A stretch of DNA of 64,000 bases from a virus. Shown one piece after another: positions 18,386 through 28,546 of this stretch. Below the pieces are notes generated by a model that saw only the letters and a program-made list of their open reading frames with translations, was not told where the DNA came from and ran no database searches. The stretch covers positions 1 to 64,000 of IMG/VR virus record IMGVR_UViG_3300032053_000016; one strand, written 5' to 3'. Both the position numbers and the translations under genes were made by a program. Position 1 is the stretch's first letter. Every line of letters begins with the position of its first letter.

Positions 18386-18567
18386 CACGCAATCACGTCT
18401 TCTACGTCTACGACATGCGAACGCAGATGACGGACTTCGTCGCCTCGTTCGCTGTTCGTGGACACGCCGAGAAGTACGCGAGCGACAACTTCGACGAGCA
18501 CGGGTACGTGACCGACCGTCGTCACCACCACAAGAACCAGGTTTGGGACGGTCGAACGGAGACGAAA

Positions 18568-18806
18568 TGATGGAAAAGAAGCTTGCTTTGGTCGCGGACA
18601 TTGTGTCCAACCTGGAGAAAGAGGGTGTCACGATCACGCCAAACGCGGTGCGTGCGAAGTTGCGCACTGCCATGCTGCGTCTCGCTCACGAGTCGTGTCG
18701 TGCGATGGGCGCTGACGTTGACGAGGATGAGCTCGAACGCATCGCAGGATCGCGTGCTTTCCAGGAAGCGGTGGCCTCGCTCCTGATAGAGGAAGACGCT
18801 GCATAG
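18568..18806 (+). CDS. Hypothetical protein
   Basis: Coupled ORF (MEKKLALV); start approximate. Confidence 0.45.
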
Positions 18807-18814
18807 CTACTTTC

Positions 18815-19186
18815 GTGGCCAAATACCAAAAGAGAACAACACTCGAATCCGTCGCCGCTCGTCGAAATCAGACGCTTGCTCAACTCGTCGCTGATTGGGG
18901 CGTGAAATCGTTGGATGATCTTGCCAAACGATGCAAACGTGAAGATGTGGCCATGCCCGCAAACTTCACGTTTGCTGTTTCTGTCACAGAGGTCAAGAAG
19001 GATGAACTGCAGGCCAAACTCCACATCACGATAGACGGTGTCGCTGAAGGGCTTTCGAAAGAAAGTGAAGAACTTCCGTTGAAGAAGGCTCGCAAGGGTA
19101 AACTTACTGCTCATGAGCCTGCTGCAAGTGACGAGCACGTCGGAGTGGATGCGGACACAGCTACTGGCTCTGAAGACCCGGCCTGA
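18815..19186 (+). CDS. Hypothetical protein
   Basis: ORF preceded by TAGCTA-N5. Confidence 0.55.
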   Translation: MAKYQKRTTLESVAARRNQTLAQLVADWGVKSLDDLAKRCKREDVAMPANFTFAVSVTEVKKDELQAKLHITIDGVAEGLSKESEELPLKKARKGKLTAHEPAASDEHVGVDADTATGSEDPA

Positions 19187-19523
19187 GACTGCAGCGTACG
19201 TTGTCGGCGTCATGGCTGACAAACAGCTAGGCGAGCTCGTTGGAGCCGGTTCAGTGGTCCTTGCCTACTCACGCGCTGGCTTGGACTTCGACGCGCACCG
19301 TCGGCTAGGGGACGGCGTGCTCGCCTCCGAGATCGCGTTCCGTGGTTGGCTCACCGAGCCTGAACTGTGCGTCGAGTTCGCACGTCGCAGCTACGTGACG
19401 TGCTACCGTCTGCTGGGTTGCACGTGGGAGCTCTACGGTGAGCTTGCAGACAGGCTGCCAGACATCATCCAGGCGTCCCGAGACGCGCTCAGTTGTCGAA
19501 CCAGAACACCAGGCGAGCCTTGA
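19113..19523 (+). CDS. Hypothetical protein
   Basis: ORF track; start uncertain. Confidence 0.5.
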   Translation: MSLLQVTSTSEWMRTQLLALKTRPETAAYVVGVMADKQLGELVGAGSVVLAYSRAGLDFDAHRRLGDGVLASEIAFRGWLTEPELCVEFARRSYVTCYRLLGCTWELYGELADRLPDIIQASRDALSCRTRTPGEP

Positions 19524-20187
19524 ACCCGCGCGCTTCTAGCGCGTGCATCATGGCGTCTAGAGCCTCAACACATGCAAGCGTCTTTGTGAAAAGCTCGTAA
19601 ACCGTGTTATCGTCAGGATCGTCGTCGTAGAGTTTCGCACAACGTTGCGCTAACTCCCTCACTTCGTTGTTGTCTAACCACGATTCACCATGCCAGTCAG
19701 GGCTAGTGATACGCAGTGGATTGCCTTCTTTGTCGCAATCCCAGATGACACACGATCCGTTCTCAACCCACTTATTCGCGATCTCACGTTTGCAAGTGTT
19801 CTCACCCCACTCGTTTTCATTTGCGTCATCTGAGAGAACATAAATGGTGAAATCGTCAACCGTCTTGTGACTGATATTCTTAGGCATTCCTTTTGGTTCA
19901 AAGGATGGTTGACCACGAGTGAGACCAGTGTCTGCGCCTTCAAGCATGATCACGTTTGCTTCATTTAGCGATAATTTTGGATCGTCAAGTCTGTTGACGC
20001 CTCGCTTCTGCAAGGCCTTTTCCAACGCGCCCGGCGACGGCCATGATGAGTAGCGTCTCACACCAGCCATCAAGGCGAATAAAGCGTAGTTTCGAACAAA
20101 GTGGTAATCACAGAGATACGACCACTCGGCGTCCTCTAACGCAGTCGCGTTCTTTGTCTCAACGTAAGCGTGGATGTCACAACCCAT
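19489..20187 (-). CDS. Conserved phage hypothetical protein
   Basis: MGCDIH..VE, RNY.LF..MAGVR, DWH..SWL and RLVFWFDN motifs. Confidence 0.7.
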   Translation of the reverse strand: MGCDIHAYVETKNATALEDAEWSYLCDYHFVRNYALFALMAGVRRYSSWPSPGALEKALQKRGVNRLDDPKLSLNEANVIMLEGADTGLTRGQPSFEPKGMPKNISHKTVDDFTIYVLSDDANENEWGENTCKREIANKWVENGSCVIWDCDKEGNPLRITSPDWHGESWLDNNEVRELAQRCAKLYDDDPDDNTVYELFTKTLACVEALDAMMHALEARGFKARLVFWFDN

Positions 20188-20225
20188 GTCGACAATTGTA
20201 ACGCTCTGAGTCGCGAAAACGACGT

Positions 20226-20414
20226 CTAGGCCACACGTTGGTAGATGCTGCTAGTCACAGTGATCGTGAACATGCTTGATGTCTCGATGCACAAAGAGAT
20301 CCAGACATTGGTGTTCTTGATCTGTTTGATCAGAATGTACGTCTGCTCCTCTGATTTCCACAGCGCGCTGTAGTGAGGGATTAACTCCCACAGTTCACCT
20401 GGTTTGTTCTTCAC
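20226..20414 (-). CDS. GQVW-family small protein
   Basis: NKPGELWE...SLCIETS...QRVA. Confidence 0.55.
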   Translation of the reverse strand: MKNKPGELWELIPHYSALWKSEEQTYILIKQIKNTNVWISLCIETSSMFTITVTSSIYQRVA

Positions 20415-20420
20415 ATTACT

Positions 20421-21074
20421 TCAACTAGCCTGCATGCGTAGGCCAAAGAACTCGTCGCCCATCCTCATGAGCGTGTTCTCGATCGCGACAGGGTTGCTCT
20501 GCGTCTGGTCGGCGAGCGTGGCGACAGTGTCCTTGTGGTTGGTGAGCAAGGCTGCTTTCGATCCGCTGTCCCCTGCGCCGACGAAGGCGTTGTTCAGGTA
20601 CGCTTCCTCTTCATCGTACCCAACGAGCTTGGCGTCGTCAGCCTTGGTTGGAGTTTTCGGGTTGCTGATGTCGTCAAACGGCTTCTTCACGACGTCAGGA
20701 CGTTGTTCGTACTTCTTCCACACGTTGCGAGCCGCAGCGCTCGTGCTGAGGCGATCTGGCATGAGCCCGCCAGGGAAGTCGGACATGGCGAGCTCGTACA
20801 TGAGCGGCCCGTACCCTTTCTCCGCGGCAGCGAACTTGACCTCGCCAGCGTCCCAAGCGTCTCCGTGATGCGGCTTGATGTCGATGTACCCGTAGATCAC
20901 GCCGCGCGGATCGTCACCCTCAGCGCTCGCGAACTTCGCGGGATCGTAAAGGACGTACACAACGCTTCCCGCGCTGTTCTTCTGGAACAACGCGAGGTTC
21001 TGACTGGCTGCTTGCCCGCTAGCGATCGCGGCTTCCAACATGTATCGTACAACGCGTCTGAGGGCTCGTTCCAC
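20421..21074 (-). CDS. Putative internal virion protein with GNAT-like segment
   Basis: N-terminal LRRVVR..LE; KGYGPLMYELAM...LMPDR.STS.AA..VW. Confidence 0.55.
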   Translation of the reverse strand: MERALRRVVRYMLEAAIASGQAASQNLALFQKNSAGSVVYVLYDPAKFASAEGDDPRGVIYGYIDIKPHHGDAWDAGEVKFAAAEKGYGPLMYELAMSDFPGGLMPDRLSTSAAARNVWKKYEQRPDVVKKPFDDISNPKTPTKADDAKLVGYDEEEAYLNNAFVGAGDSGSKAALLTNHKDTVATLADQTQSNPVAIENTLMRMGDEFFGLRMQAS

Positions 21075-21089
21075 GGCCTTACGTACTGT

Positions 21090-21731
21090 TCACACGAGGC
21101 CAGCGTCGACCAACGAGGAGTAAACTGCCTTAAGCGCTTTCGCACGCTCACGCAGTTTCATGTTGGCCATGCTCTTGAAGAACTTGCCGTCACGCACGTG
21201 AGCGAGCACCATCTCGCGGGTGGGGCTGCGTTGCTCGTGGGTCAACGATTTGGCACGTGCGACAGCTTCGTCAGCGATGTTCTGCATGAACGGAGACTTC
21301 TTCTCCTCACGCATCTCGGCCGCGATCGGGAGTTCACGCATCAGGATCTTGAACAACCCTTGGATGAAACGGTTGCGTAGGTCACGCAACTTGCTCCATT
21401 GGTACGCGCCGTTGACGACGATCTCGACGGTTGACCTGTCACCGTCTTCATGCACCATGGACGTCACGATAAGGTCACCGCTGTTCGGCGTCAGCGAGGA
21501 GAACTCGGTGCGCACAACGATCGGCACCTCGATCCAACGTTTGGTCACAGGATCGCTGACTCCGTAGCTGCTGGTCAGGAGCTCAGCGTGCTCGTCGATC
21601 TGGTCAAGCTCTTGCTCAGACGATACCTCTTCAGCACGCGCGATGACGTCATCCGCGAGGAGCTTGGCGTAATCCACGATCGCCTCTCTGTCGAGGACGA
21701 TAGGCGTTGGTTTCGCGATCGGCCGTGTCAC
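21090..21731 (-). CDS. Hypothetical protein
   Basis: 213 aa ORF with TATCTA motif upstream. Confidence 0.6.
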   Translation of the reverse strand: MTRPIAKPTPIVLDREAIVDYAKLLADDVIARAEEVSSEQELDQIDEHAELLTSSYGVSDPVTKRWIEVPIVVRTEFSSLTPNSGDLIVTSMVHEDGDRSTVEIVVNGAYQWSKLRDLRNRFIQGLFKILMRELPIAAEMREEKKSPFMQNIADEAVARAKSLTHEQRSPTREMVLAHVRDGKFFKSMANMKLRERAKALKAVYSSLVDAGLV

Positions 21732-21955
21732 AACGCTTAGATACCATCACATGACGGCAGAACGGTCAATCGACAGTGACGGCTGCCATGAAAACGGTTG
21801 GCCGTTCATGAACTTGATCACGAGCTTCGATCACGGCATCGATCGAAAGCATGTTCTCTAACTCTTCATGAGAGATCTTGACCGTGATCGCGGCTGGACG
21901 TGGTTTCACTCTGGGTGACATGTGTCTCTCCGTGTGTGTGTGTTCGTCAGGTTGT

Positions 21956-22270
21956 TTAGCGGCACTCGCACTCGATCGTCCCAGTGCCCACGATGGTCAT
22001 CTTCTGGTTGTGGTGGTCACACGAGAGCGTCATCCCGGGCGTCACCGGCTGTGACTTCACCATGCTGTGACACGCGTCCTTCTCGTTTCGAACCCGGCAC
22101 GCCGAGTCCACCAGAATGCAGCCGAAGCCAACGACGAGGATGCCGAGCACCGCGTAGACGCAGTGCAACGACCTCTTGCTCCAGACGTTGGCGACCTCCA
22201 GCGTCTCCAACCGCGTGTTGACGACGTCATCCTTCGGTTCCATGTACCTGTACGGGGTGTCCATGAGCAC
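21956..22270 (-). CDS. Hypothetical membrane protein
   Basis: One hydrophobic helix and a Cys-rich tail. Confidence 0.5.
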   Translation of the reverse strand: MLMDTPYRYMEPKDDVVNTRLETLEVANVWSKRSLHCVYAVLGILVVGFGCILVDSACRVRNEKDACHSMVKSQPVTPGMTLSCDHHNQKMTIVGTGTIECECR

Positions 22271-22302
22271 ACCCTACCACGAACGTCTGTCAGAGTTTCT
22301 CT

Positions 22303-22602
22303 TCAGAAATCGTCTGTCACGAGCTCCAACTTCACCCTGTAACTGCCGCCGCGAGCGTGTCCGCTGCTGTAACGGTCGTCAACGCTCCAGTCGTAAGCTG
22401 TGATGAACGCTCTCGATGTTTTGCCGTGGTGAATCAACACGATCGACTTGTCACCAGACAGCGATGAGTCAACGTGGAGGAGACTGAGACCTTTGTTGTA
22501 CGCGTTGTAGAAGACGTCCGAGAACACCTTGTGTTTCTCTGCGTCGGTTGAACACTCGAGCGCGAGAGCCTCAGCAAGCGTCCTGAAGGTCTCGTTGTTC
22601 AT
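22303..22602 (-). CDS. Hypothetical protein
   Basis: TAGGAT-N6-ATG. Confidence 0.55.
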   Translation of the reverse strand: MNNETFRTLAEALALECSTDAEKHKVFSDVFYNAYNKGLSLLHVDSSLSGDKSIVLIHHGKTSRAFITAYDWSVDDRYSSGHARGGSYRVKLELVTDDF

Positions 22603-22619
22603 GCTTCGATCCTAAGGCG

Positions 22620-23624
22620 TCACGGTGTCCCGAAACGTTGCCGAGCCCAGTTGTTCAGATATGTGATCGTGTTCGCATCAACTACTCCACTATAAATGAT
22701 CACAGTGCCGATGTCGCCGTCGAACCCGTCAAGACCAGCAACACCAGCGCCAATGGTGTCGAAACCTGCGCTGCCTAACATAGCTGTGCCGACGTCTGTG
22801 GATCCTTGCTGCACGTCGCCAACGTAGAATTTCGTCTCAGTGACGGTGTCGTACGTCACGCCGATAAGCCGTGTAACATCGTCGTTCAAACCAGATCCTC
22901 GATCAACAACATGGATGACCGATCCGAAGCCGTCCCAGTAATTGACCTCTAGCTGTCCTGCGTTCGGACCAAACGCGCCGTCCATCTGCGAGCTGCCAAC
23001 GATCGTCAACGGCACGTTGGTAGCGTCTCCGTCAATCGTGCTATCAGATGATGTCCATTTCGCGACAGCAAATATGGACATTCCAGCAGCGCTCGTGTCT
23101 TCAAAAGTACCAGTCAAGAAATTTTGTGGAACAAAACGAACAGCTGGCATCGTTCCAAAGACGTTTTGCACAAGTGTTGGTTTGTTTGCTGGTGTTTCTT
23201 GCTCGAAATACGAAGGGATTTCTCCAACTTGATTCTTCCAAGTTTCAATGTTAAATGTGGCCGGTGTCAAATCAACATCTTTATTTGAGTCAAAATAATT
23301 AAGTGGGCCTATGCTCGGCGACCAATATTCGAATACGCTGTCAAGATCAATTGATCCATCTCGTGTTGTTATCGATAGTGTAGCAGCACCAGGCGTACCA
23401 CTTGGTAATATGAATGTGCACATGTCTGAAGTTGTGCTAATCACTTGACATGGTGTGTCAGCAAGATTAACGCTTGCATTTAAGAGGTACTTTCCGCTAA
23501 CTGTGATCGGTTGCCCACCACCATCAGGATCTCCGACCGAGTAGTTGATCGCCGTGAAGATCGGCCTTCCACGACGGTTTTGCCTAGCATAACCTCGGCC
23601 TGCGAACGCGATAGAATCGACCAT
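22620..23624 (-). CDS. IPT/TIG (Ig-like) plus LamG/concanavalin-like domain protein, putative virion adhesin
   Basis: GD..GG..ITVSG...FEYW.P then FDGDIG.VIIYS; paralog of 33475..34707. Confidence 0.7.
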   Translation of the reverse strand: MVDSIAFAGRGYARQNRRGRPIFTAINYSVGDPDGGGQPITVSGKYLLNASVNLADTPCQVISTTSDMCTFILPSGTPGAATLSITTRDGSIDLDSVFEYWSPSIGPLNYFDSNKDVDLTPATFNIETWKNQVGEIPSYFEQETPANKPTLVQNVFGTMPAVRFVPQNFLTGTFEDTSAAGMSIFAVAKWTSSDSTIDGDATNVPLTIVGSSQMDGAFGPNAGQLEVNYWDGFGSVIHVVDRGSGLNDDVTRLIGVTYDTVTETKFYVGDVQQGSTDVGTAMLGSAGFDTIGAGVAGLDGFDGDIGTVIIYSGVVDANTITYLNNWARQRFGTP

Positions 23625-23703
23625 CTGTCTTCAAACTAGCTACTGCGCGAGGATGATTTGAGCTCTCGTTAGAGGAACGCCGCAAGTGATCAGAGAAACC
23701 TTG

Positions 23704-23715
23704 TAGGATCGCTTC
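23704..23715 (+). promoter_or_regulatory. -10-like box (TAGGAT) 6 nt before the C5-MTase ATG
   Basis: TANNNT-N6-ATG. Confidence 0.5.
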
Positions 23716-24903
23716 ATGAGATCTATCGACGCTTACTGTTTCGCTGGCGGATTCACCGTGGGTGCTGTTCAAGCTGGATTTGAACTTGTGGCGAAGAGAG
23801 AAGGTGAGGGAGGATATGGAGCGCCGGCCGCGCTGTCTAACCGTCACATCCTTGGTGACAAGTGGCAGCTCGAAGCATGCGATCCGATACAGTGGACGCC
23901 TGCCTCCGCCGAAGCGCTCTTCTGCAATCCACCTTGTTCGGGGTTCTCGGTTCGATCCGTCCACGTCCCTCCCAAGGGCATCGACAAGAAGAACACGCCG
24001 GTCGCTGAGTGGACCAACAGCTTCCGTGGCATCGACTCCGCCATCAACTCCTGCATGCACGACATCATCGCTTACGCGGCGAAGTGCCCAGAGCTGCAGG
24101 TGATCGCGTTCGAGTCGGTCGCTCAAGCTGGGAAGCAAGGGCTCCCATTGATGAAGAACCTCCGAACGAAGCTTGAAAGTCTAACCGGACACGAATGGGA
24201 CCTTCACCACGTCTTCCACAACAACCTCTCGGTTGGCGGGAACAGCAACCGGCCACGTTACTTCTTTGTCGCGACACGGATCCCGTTCGGCGTGCTCCCT
24301 GTCCCTACCGTCGGCGTCGTTCCACGCTCAGAGGACGTGTTGCGAGGCGATGGCCCAGGACGCGACGGCAACGCGACGCCGAACACCGCCGAGGCTCGTC
24401 GCATCAAGGCGTTGCTAGAGACGGGCGTTGAGTGGAACGCGCGTGAATGCGTCAGTCAAGCCGCTGGTCGTTACGTCGAGTCACACGGGTACGAGGCTCT
24501 GAAAGCGCTTGACTCGTGGGACACGTCTCGTCTCAGGTACTTCGCCGCACGTGGGTTTCGCGCTGATCAGTACCAGCCACGTCGCTGGGACGGTGACTCT
24601 CCGTGCCCGGTCATCACAGGCAAGCTTCAGGAGTCAGTCCACCCAACGGCCTCACGTGTGCTCACTCTGCGCGAAGGAGCACGTGCTCTTGGCTACCCCG
24701 AGGATTGGTCGCTCGCCGCGTACAAGACGGATGCTTGGCTTGGCAAAGGAATCCCAGTGCAGAGTGGGAAGTGGCTCGCGCAGAGTGCCAAGCTTAGCAT
24801 TGAGGGTGAAGGCGCGAAGCTTGAGCAAGGCACATTGACGGGTGAACGTGAGTACACATACGACAACACACATGCTTGGAAGGCGTGGTCCAAGGAGAAG
24901 TGA
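23716..24903 (+). CDS. DNA cytosine-5 methyltransferase (divergent)
   Basis: FAGGF (motif I), PPCSGFS (IV), FESV (VI variant), RPRYF (VIII), LTLRE.AR.LGYP (IX), LGKGIPV (X). Confidence 0.85.
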   Translation: MRSIDAYCFAGGFTVGAVQAGFELVAKREGEGGYGAPAALSNRHILGDKWQLEACDPIQWTPASAEALFCNPPCSGFSVRSVHVPPKGIDKKNTPVAEWTNSFRGIDSAINSCMHDIIAYAAKCPELQVIAFESVAQAGKQGLPLMKNLRTKLESLTGHEWDLHHVFHNNLSVGGNSNRPRYFFVATRIPFGVLPVPTVGVVPRSEDVLRGDGPGRDGNATPNTAEARRIKALLETGVEWNARECVSQAAGRYVESHGYEALKALDSWDTSRLRYFAARGFRADQYQPRRWDGDSPCPVITGKLQESVHPTASRVLTLREGARALGYPEDWSLAAYKTDAWLGKGIPVQSGKWLAQSAKLSIEGEGAKLEQGTLTGEREYTYDNTHAWKAWSKEK

Positions 24904-25124
24904 TTCATCTACCAACGTACGCGAAAGGCATGATGTCCTGTGCCACGTTGTAGTTCCATTCAAGGGTTGATTTCGTGACGAGGTTGTAAAGTGTGACACG
25001 TCGCACCCAACCTTCGGCGCCGCCAAATCCACGCTTGGTGTAGGCCAACCTTACCTCGTGAAGCTGACCGGTTCGCATGTCGAGCAGCAACGCTTCTGTG
25101 TTGACGTTGCGCCAAAGCATGTTG

Positions 25125-25415
25125 TCACTCCCTGATCGCGGGGTGGACGACGACGTGGTGCTTGCGACCACGGATCGCCACCTCCCACGTCCCCTGAGGG
25201 AGCCGATGCGCGAGGTCAAGCTCCTGCTTGCCGTCGACGAGGACGTCACCGCGAGCGACGAGCCAACATGCCTGTGTTCGGTTGAGCGGCTGCCGCTCCC
25301 CGATCTGCACACAGTACTCAACGACGTGAGCGATTCCGGTGTTGCGTTCGTCGTTGGGGTAGAAGTGGATGGGTCCGCTCTTTCCGTTCGTGTTGTTCAT
25401 GAGGCGAATGTACAT
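25125..25415 (-). CDS. Small protein with S4-like RNA-binding motif
   Basis: NRTQA..LV.RGDV.VDGK resembles the S4 consensus. Confidence 0.45.
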   Translation of the reverse strand: MYIRLMNNTNGKSGPIHFYPNDERNTGIAHVVEYCVQIGERQPLNRTQACWLVARGDVLVDGKQELDLAHRLPQGTWEVAIRGRKHHVVVHPAIRE

Positions 25416-25502
25416 CTAAGACACGCAAGACGTTACTCTCAACGTTCGTGTCATGCGAGAGATCATATTGAGCGTTGAGAGCGTGACGATTGCGATTGAC
25501 CG

Positions 25503-25715
25503 ATGCTGAACGCCGTAAAAGCTGATTTCTCTGAGCTTGCTGACACGTGGTGGAAGACCGCGACTGCGCTTGAAGCGTTGCCAGGCGCCGAGCAGGTGCG
25601 CGTCGATTGGCACGCGCACGTGTTTGAAAAGATCCTTGTGCAGTGCGGTTGGACTGTACAAGAGTGGAACGAAGTAGTAGCTTCTAAGAAGAACAAGGGC
25701 AAAAACGAGGGATGA
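25503..25715 (+). CDS. Hypothetical protein
   Basis: Coupled to next gene. Confidence 0.5.
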   Translation: MLNAVKADFSELADTWWKTATALEALPGAEQVRVDWHAHVFEKILVQCGWTVQEWNEVVASKKNKGKNEG

Positions 25716-26008
25716 TGAGCTCTAAGAACCTGCTGGATAACCTGTCTGCCACGCGACGACCCGCGATCTTCAGCGATCTCACTGGGAAGGAAGACTTCGA
25801 ACCGCGTCTTGACATCACGGAGACGCTGCTCTTCCTACACGAGACGTACCTCGCGATGACGGCCGCCAACCCAACGATCGACACGTTCGCCGTCCGTTTC
25901 GCCGTCCCAGCCATCTGCTACCACATGGGTTGGCTGCCGTACGAGATCGCCGCCGCCGAGCAGTACATCGCTCAAACATCGATCGAGGCAGTTCCGTCTG
26001 CAGGCTAA
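25712..26008 (+). CDS. Hypothetical protein
   Basis: ORF track. Confidence 0.5.
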   Translation: MMSSKNLLDNLSATRRPAIFSDLTGKEDFEPRLDITETLLFLHETYLAMTAANPTIDTFAVRFAVPAICYHMGWLPYEIAAAEQYIAQTSIEAVPSAG

Positions 26009-26018
26009 CTTGTCGCTC

Positions 26019-26597
26019 ATGACAAGCAAGCTCACACGTTTCACAGTCCTCGCAGCGATCCTCACTCTCGCCACGCTCGGGTGCGCCAAGCAAGCCCCGC
26101 TAGCTGTGGCTCCACCGAGCGCTCCCACTGTGAAGGTCGAGCCCAAGGTGGAAACGCCTGCACGTGGGTACAGCGTTGACCTCGTCGATGGGTGGAAGCT
26201 CGTTGAGGAGTCTGAGATGGAGGGCGATGAGCCTCAGAGGATCGCCGAGTACGAGAATGAAGTGTCTGAGACGCTTCACGTCGCGACGTACGTCACCGCC
26301 TTCAAGATCGACGGCACAGCGGCTGAATTCTACGAGGGCATGAAGGCGGCCGCGAACGGTCGAGACGAGAAGAACGTGAAGGTCATCGGGCAACGCATGT
26401 CCCGTCACGGCGAGCACGAAGGTTACGAAGTGCTTGAGGCACGCAGGGTCCCAGGCGGCGTGGCTCTGATCCTCTCCGTCTGCGTGACTGATGGCAAGAT
26501 GGGTTACTACGTCACCTGCGGTGGAAACATCAAGTATGGTGACGAGGTGCTTGCCACTTGCAAGCCGTTCATCAAGTCCTTCCGCATTGGGAAGTGA
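26019..26597 (+). CDS. Putative lipoprotein (PsbP/DcrB-like fold possible)
   Basis: Signal peptide ending LATLGC; C-terminal F..SF. Confidence 0.6.
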   Translation: MTSKLTRFTVLAAILTLATLGCAKQAPLAVAPPSAPTVKVEPKVETPARGYSVDLVDGWKLVEESEMEGDEPQRIAEYENEVSETLHVATYVTAFKIDGTAAEFYEGMKAAANGRDEKNVKVIGQRMSRHGEHEGYEVLEARRVPGGVALILSVCVTDGKMGYYVTCGGNIKYGDEVLATCKPFIKSFRIGK

Positions 26598-26813
26598 TCA
26601 CAGCACCTCAAACAAGCACTCTGTGACTGCGAACGCGATGATTCCGTCGTAGACGATCAAGCACGTTCCGTTTGGGTACTCGATCATCACAATGCATGGG
26701 ACGTACGGATCCATCCACCCGATCCTTGTGTTACGTTGAACGTTCTCTTGCGTAGGCTCAAGCATCCACAGCGGGATCCCATCCTCGTCTACGATGGCAA
26801 GGTACGCGGACAT
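26598..26813 (-). CDS. Hypothetical protein
   Basis: ORF track. Confidence 0.45.
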   Translation of the reverse strand: MSAYLAIVDEDGIPLWMLEPTQENVQRNTRIGWMDPYVPCIVMIEYPNGTCLIVYDGIIAFAVTECLFEVL

Positions 26814-26848
26814 GACGTGTTCGTACGTAGGAGACCTAAATTAAGACG

Positions 26849-27382
26849 ATGAGTCGACCTCCAGATTGGGTTCCGTCCGAAAACATCGCAACGTGGATTC
26901 GCACACGGTTTTCGTATGATCCGTCAACAGGTAACATCATCGACAAGAAATCTGGTGTGATTCGTGGAATACCCACCGATTCTGGTTATCTCAACATCAG
27001 TTTACAAGATGTTGAGATAGGTCTCAAACGGAATGTGAAAGCTCATCGCATCGCTTGGTTCCTTCATTACAACGAATGGCCAACTGCGAAGCTCGATCAC
27101 AAGAATCGCGTGCGCACTGACAATCGAATTGACAACTTGAGATACGCAACGGCTCATCAAAACGCTTCTAACGCGTCAAAGCATCGTACTCACGCCGGTC
27201 GTTCAACGACGTCAGAGTACAAAGGTGTTTGCGCGACCAGAGGGAAATGGCGCGTCTCGATCCGTGTGAACTACAAAGCCATTCATATCGGGTACGTCGA
27301 TGACGAACTAGAAGCTGCCAAAGCGTACGCTGAGGCCTCTCTCAAGTACCATGGCGAACGTGGTCACATCGCTGATATTTAA
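26849..27382 (+). CDS. HNH-AP2 homing endonuclease
   Basis: AHRIAW...DHKNR.R.DNRI.NLR and C-terminal AP2 (SEYKGV...W...I...IG......AA.AY). Confidence 0.9.
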   Translation: MSRPPDWVPSENIATWIRTRFSYDPSTGNIIDKKSGVIRGIPTDSGYLNISLQDVEIGLKRNVKAHRIAWFLHYNEWPTAKLDHKNRVRTDNRIDNLRYATAHQNASNASKHRTHAGRSTTSEYKGVCATRGKWRVSIRVNYKAIHIGYVDDELEAAKAYAEASLKYHGERGHIADI

Positions 27383-27387
27383 AGGTC

Positions 27388-27873
27388 GTGCTGGCTACTC
27401 TTCTTTTCTTACTTCAGATCACGAGCTCGAACACCCTGCATGTTGTTGGCGATAGCCAATGCGCTGGCGTTTCATTCGTTGTCAAAAACGTCACTGAGAT
27501 GCGACGTTGGTCAACCATCAAGTCAACCTGTCAGGTCGGTTCAACCACATCGCAGTGGGTGGTGAAGATCGATTCAGTCGGCATCAGACCAGGCGATGAT
27601 GTGCTTGTCTTCTTGGGTAGCAACGACTGGTGGGGCAAGCCTAACGCACGACTGTTGCTGGCGAAGCTCAAGGGAACCCGCTGCGTCTTCGTGGGTCCGC
27701 CACTCATAAGAGGGAAGGCTGGCGCGGCAGACACACTGAAGACGCAGGTCGAAGACGACAGAACGTGTCGTTACCTTGACTCCAGACAACTGCACTTGGT
27801 TCAACCCGATGGTGTGCACACCTCAGAGTCAATCCGTTGGCTACGCGCGGGAGTAGCTAAACTGTTGGAGTAG
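27388..27873 (+). CDS. SGNH/GDSL hydrolase, secreted
   Basis: VVGDS, LGSND and DGVH catalytic blocks; N-terminal hydrophobic segment. Confidence 0.8.
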   Translation: MLATLLFLLQITSSNTLHVVGDSQCAGVSFVVKNVTEMRRWSTIKSTCQVGSTTSQWVVKIDSVGIRPGDDVLVFLGSNDWWGKPNARLLLAKLKGTRCVFVGPPLIRGKAGAADTLKTQVEDDRTCRYLDSRQLHLVQPDGVHTSESIRWLRAGVAKLLE

Positions 27874-27907
27874 GCTTACCATTGCAGTAGAGGCCGTAGT
27901 TACTCTA

Positions 27908-28546
27908 ATGCAGCGTGTCATCTCTAAGATCATCGTGTTGTTTGCGTTGGTCGTGTTGACCGCATCTTGCGCAGCGAAACCTATAGTTGCGAAGGTCGTT
28001 CCGCTTGACAAGGCAACGACGTTCATCCTGCACGTCGATGACCTGTTCAGCCCGGCAGACAGGCCGATCGTGATCGACTCCTTTGTCGAGTGGGAGCGAG
28101 ACACGCACGGGCTCATCAGGTTCGTCGTGAGCAAGAGGAAGTGGAATTCGAACACACAGGAAGTCCCAGAGGCGGCCTCTAACTGCACACACGAGGTCTA
28201 CGTCATGCACGTGACGTCAAAGGACAAGTCAGTGAAAGCGCTTGAGAAGGTGAAGGGTAAAGAGACTGGAAGGCCGTTCACTGTGCTTGGTTACACACAT
28301 TCGAGTTGTGACGGTCGTCTGGTTGCGTTCGTGATGGATCGTTTAACAAACCCCGTGTTGCTGCGCAACGTTGGCGTGCATGAAGCAGGACACCTGGTAG
28401 GGTTGGATCACATCCCGGTGCCGAATGAGAGCGTCATGTTCCCTGCGATGAACATGGCGTCGAAGTGTCCGACGCGTCTCGATATGGCACAATTGTGCAT
28501 GATGTACGGATGCGACTGGCGTGACATGATCAGCTGCGGTAACTGA
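27908..28546 (+). CDS. Matrixin-like zinc metalloprotease lipoprotein
   Basis: LTASC lipobox; HEAGHLVGLDH and SVMFP Met-turn. Confidence 0.85.
   Translation: MQRVISKIIVLFALVVLTASCAAKPIVAKVVPLDKATTFILHVDDLFSPADRPIVIDSFVEWERDTHGLIRFVVSKRKWNSNTQEVPEAASNCTHEVYVMHVTSKDKSVKALEKVKGKETGRPFTVLGYTHSSCDGRLVAFVMDRLTNPVLLRNVGVHEAGHLVGLDHIPVPNESVMFPAMNMASKCPTRLDMAQLCMMYGCDWRDMISCGN

Noticed and set aside
20535-21380. Long antisense ORFs (also 16902..17840, 17777..18673, 10302..10901 and others)
   Set aside because: These are shadow frames opposite well-supported genes in GC-rich DNA.
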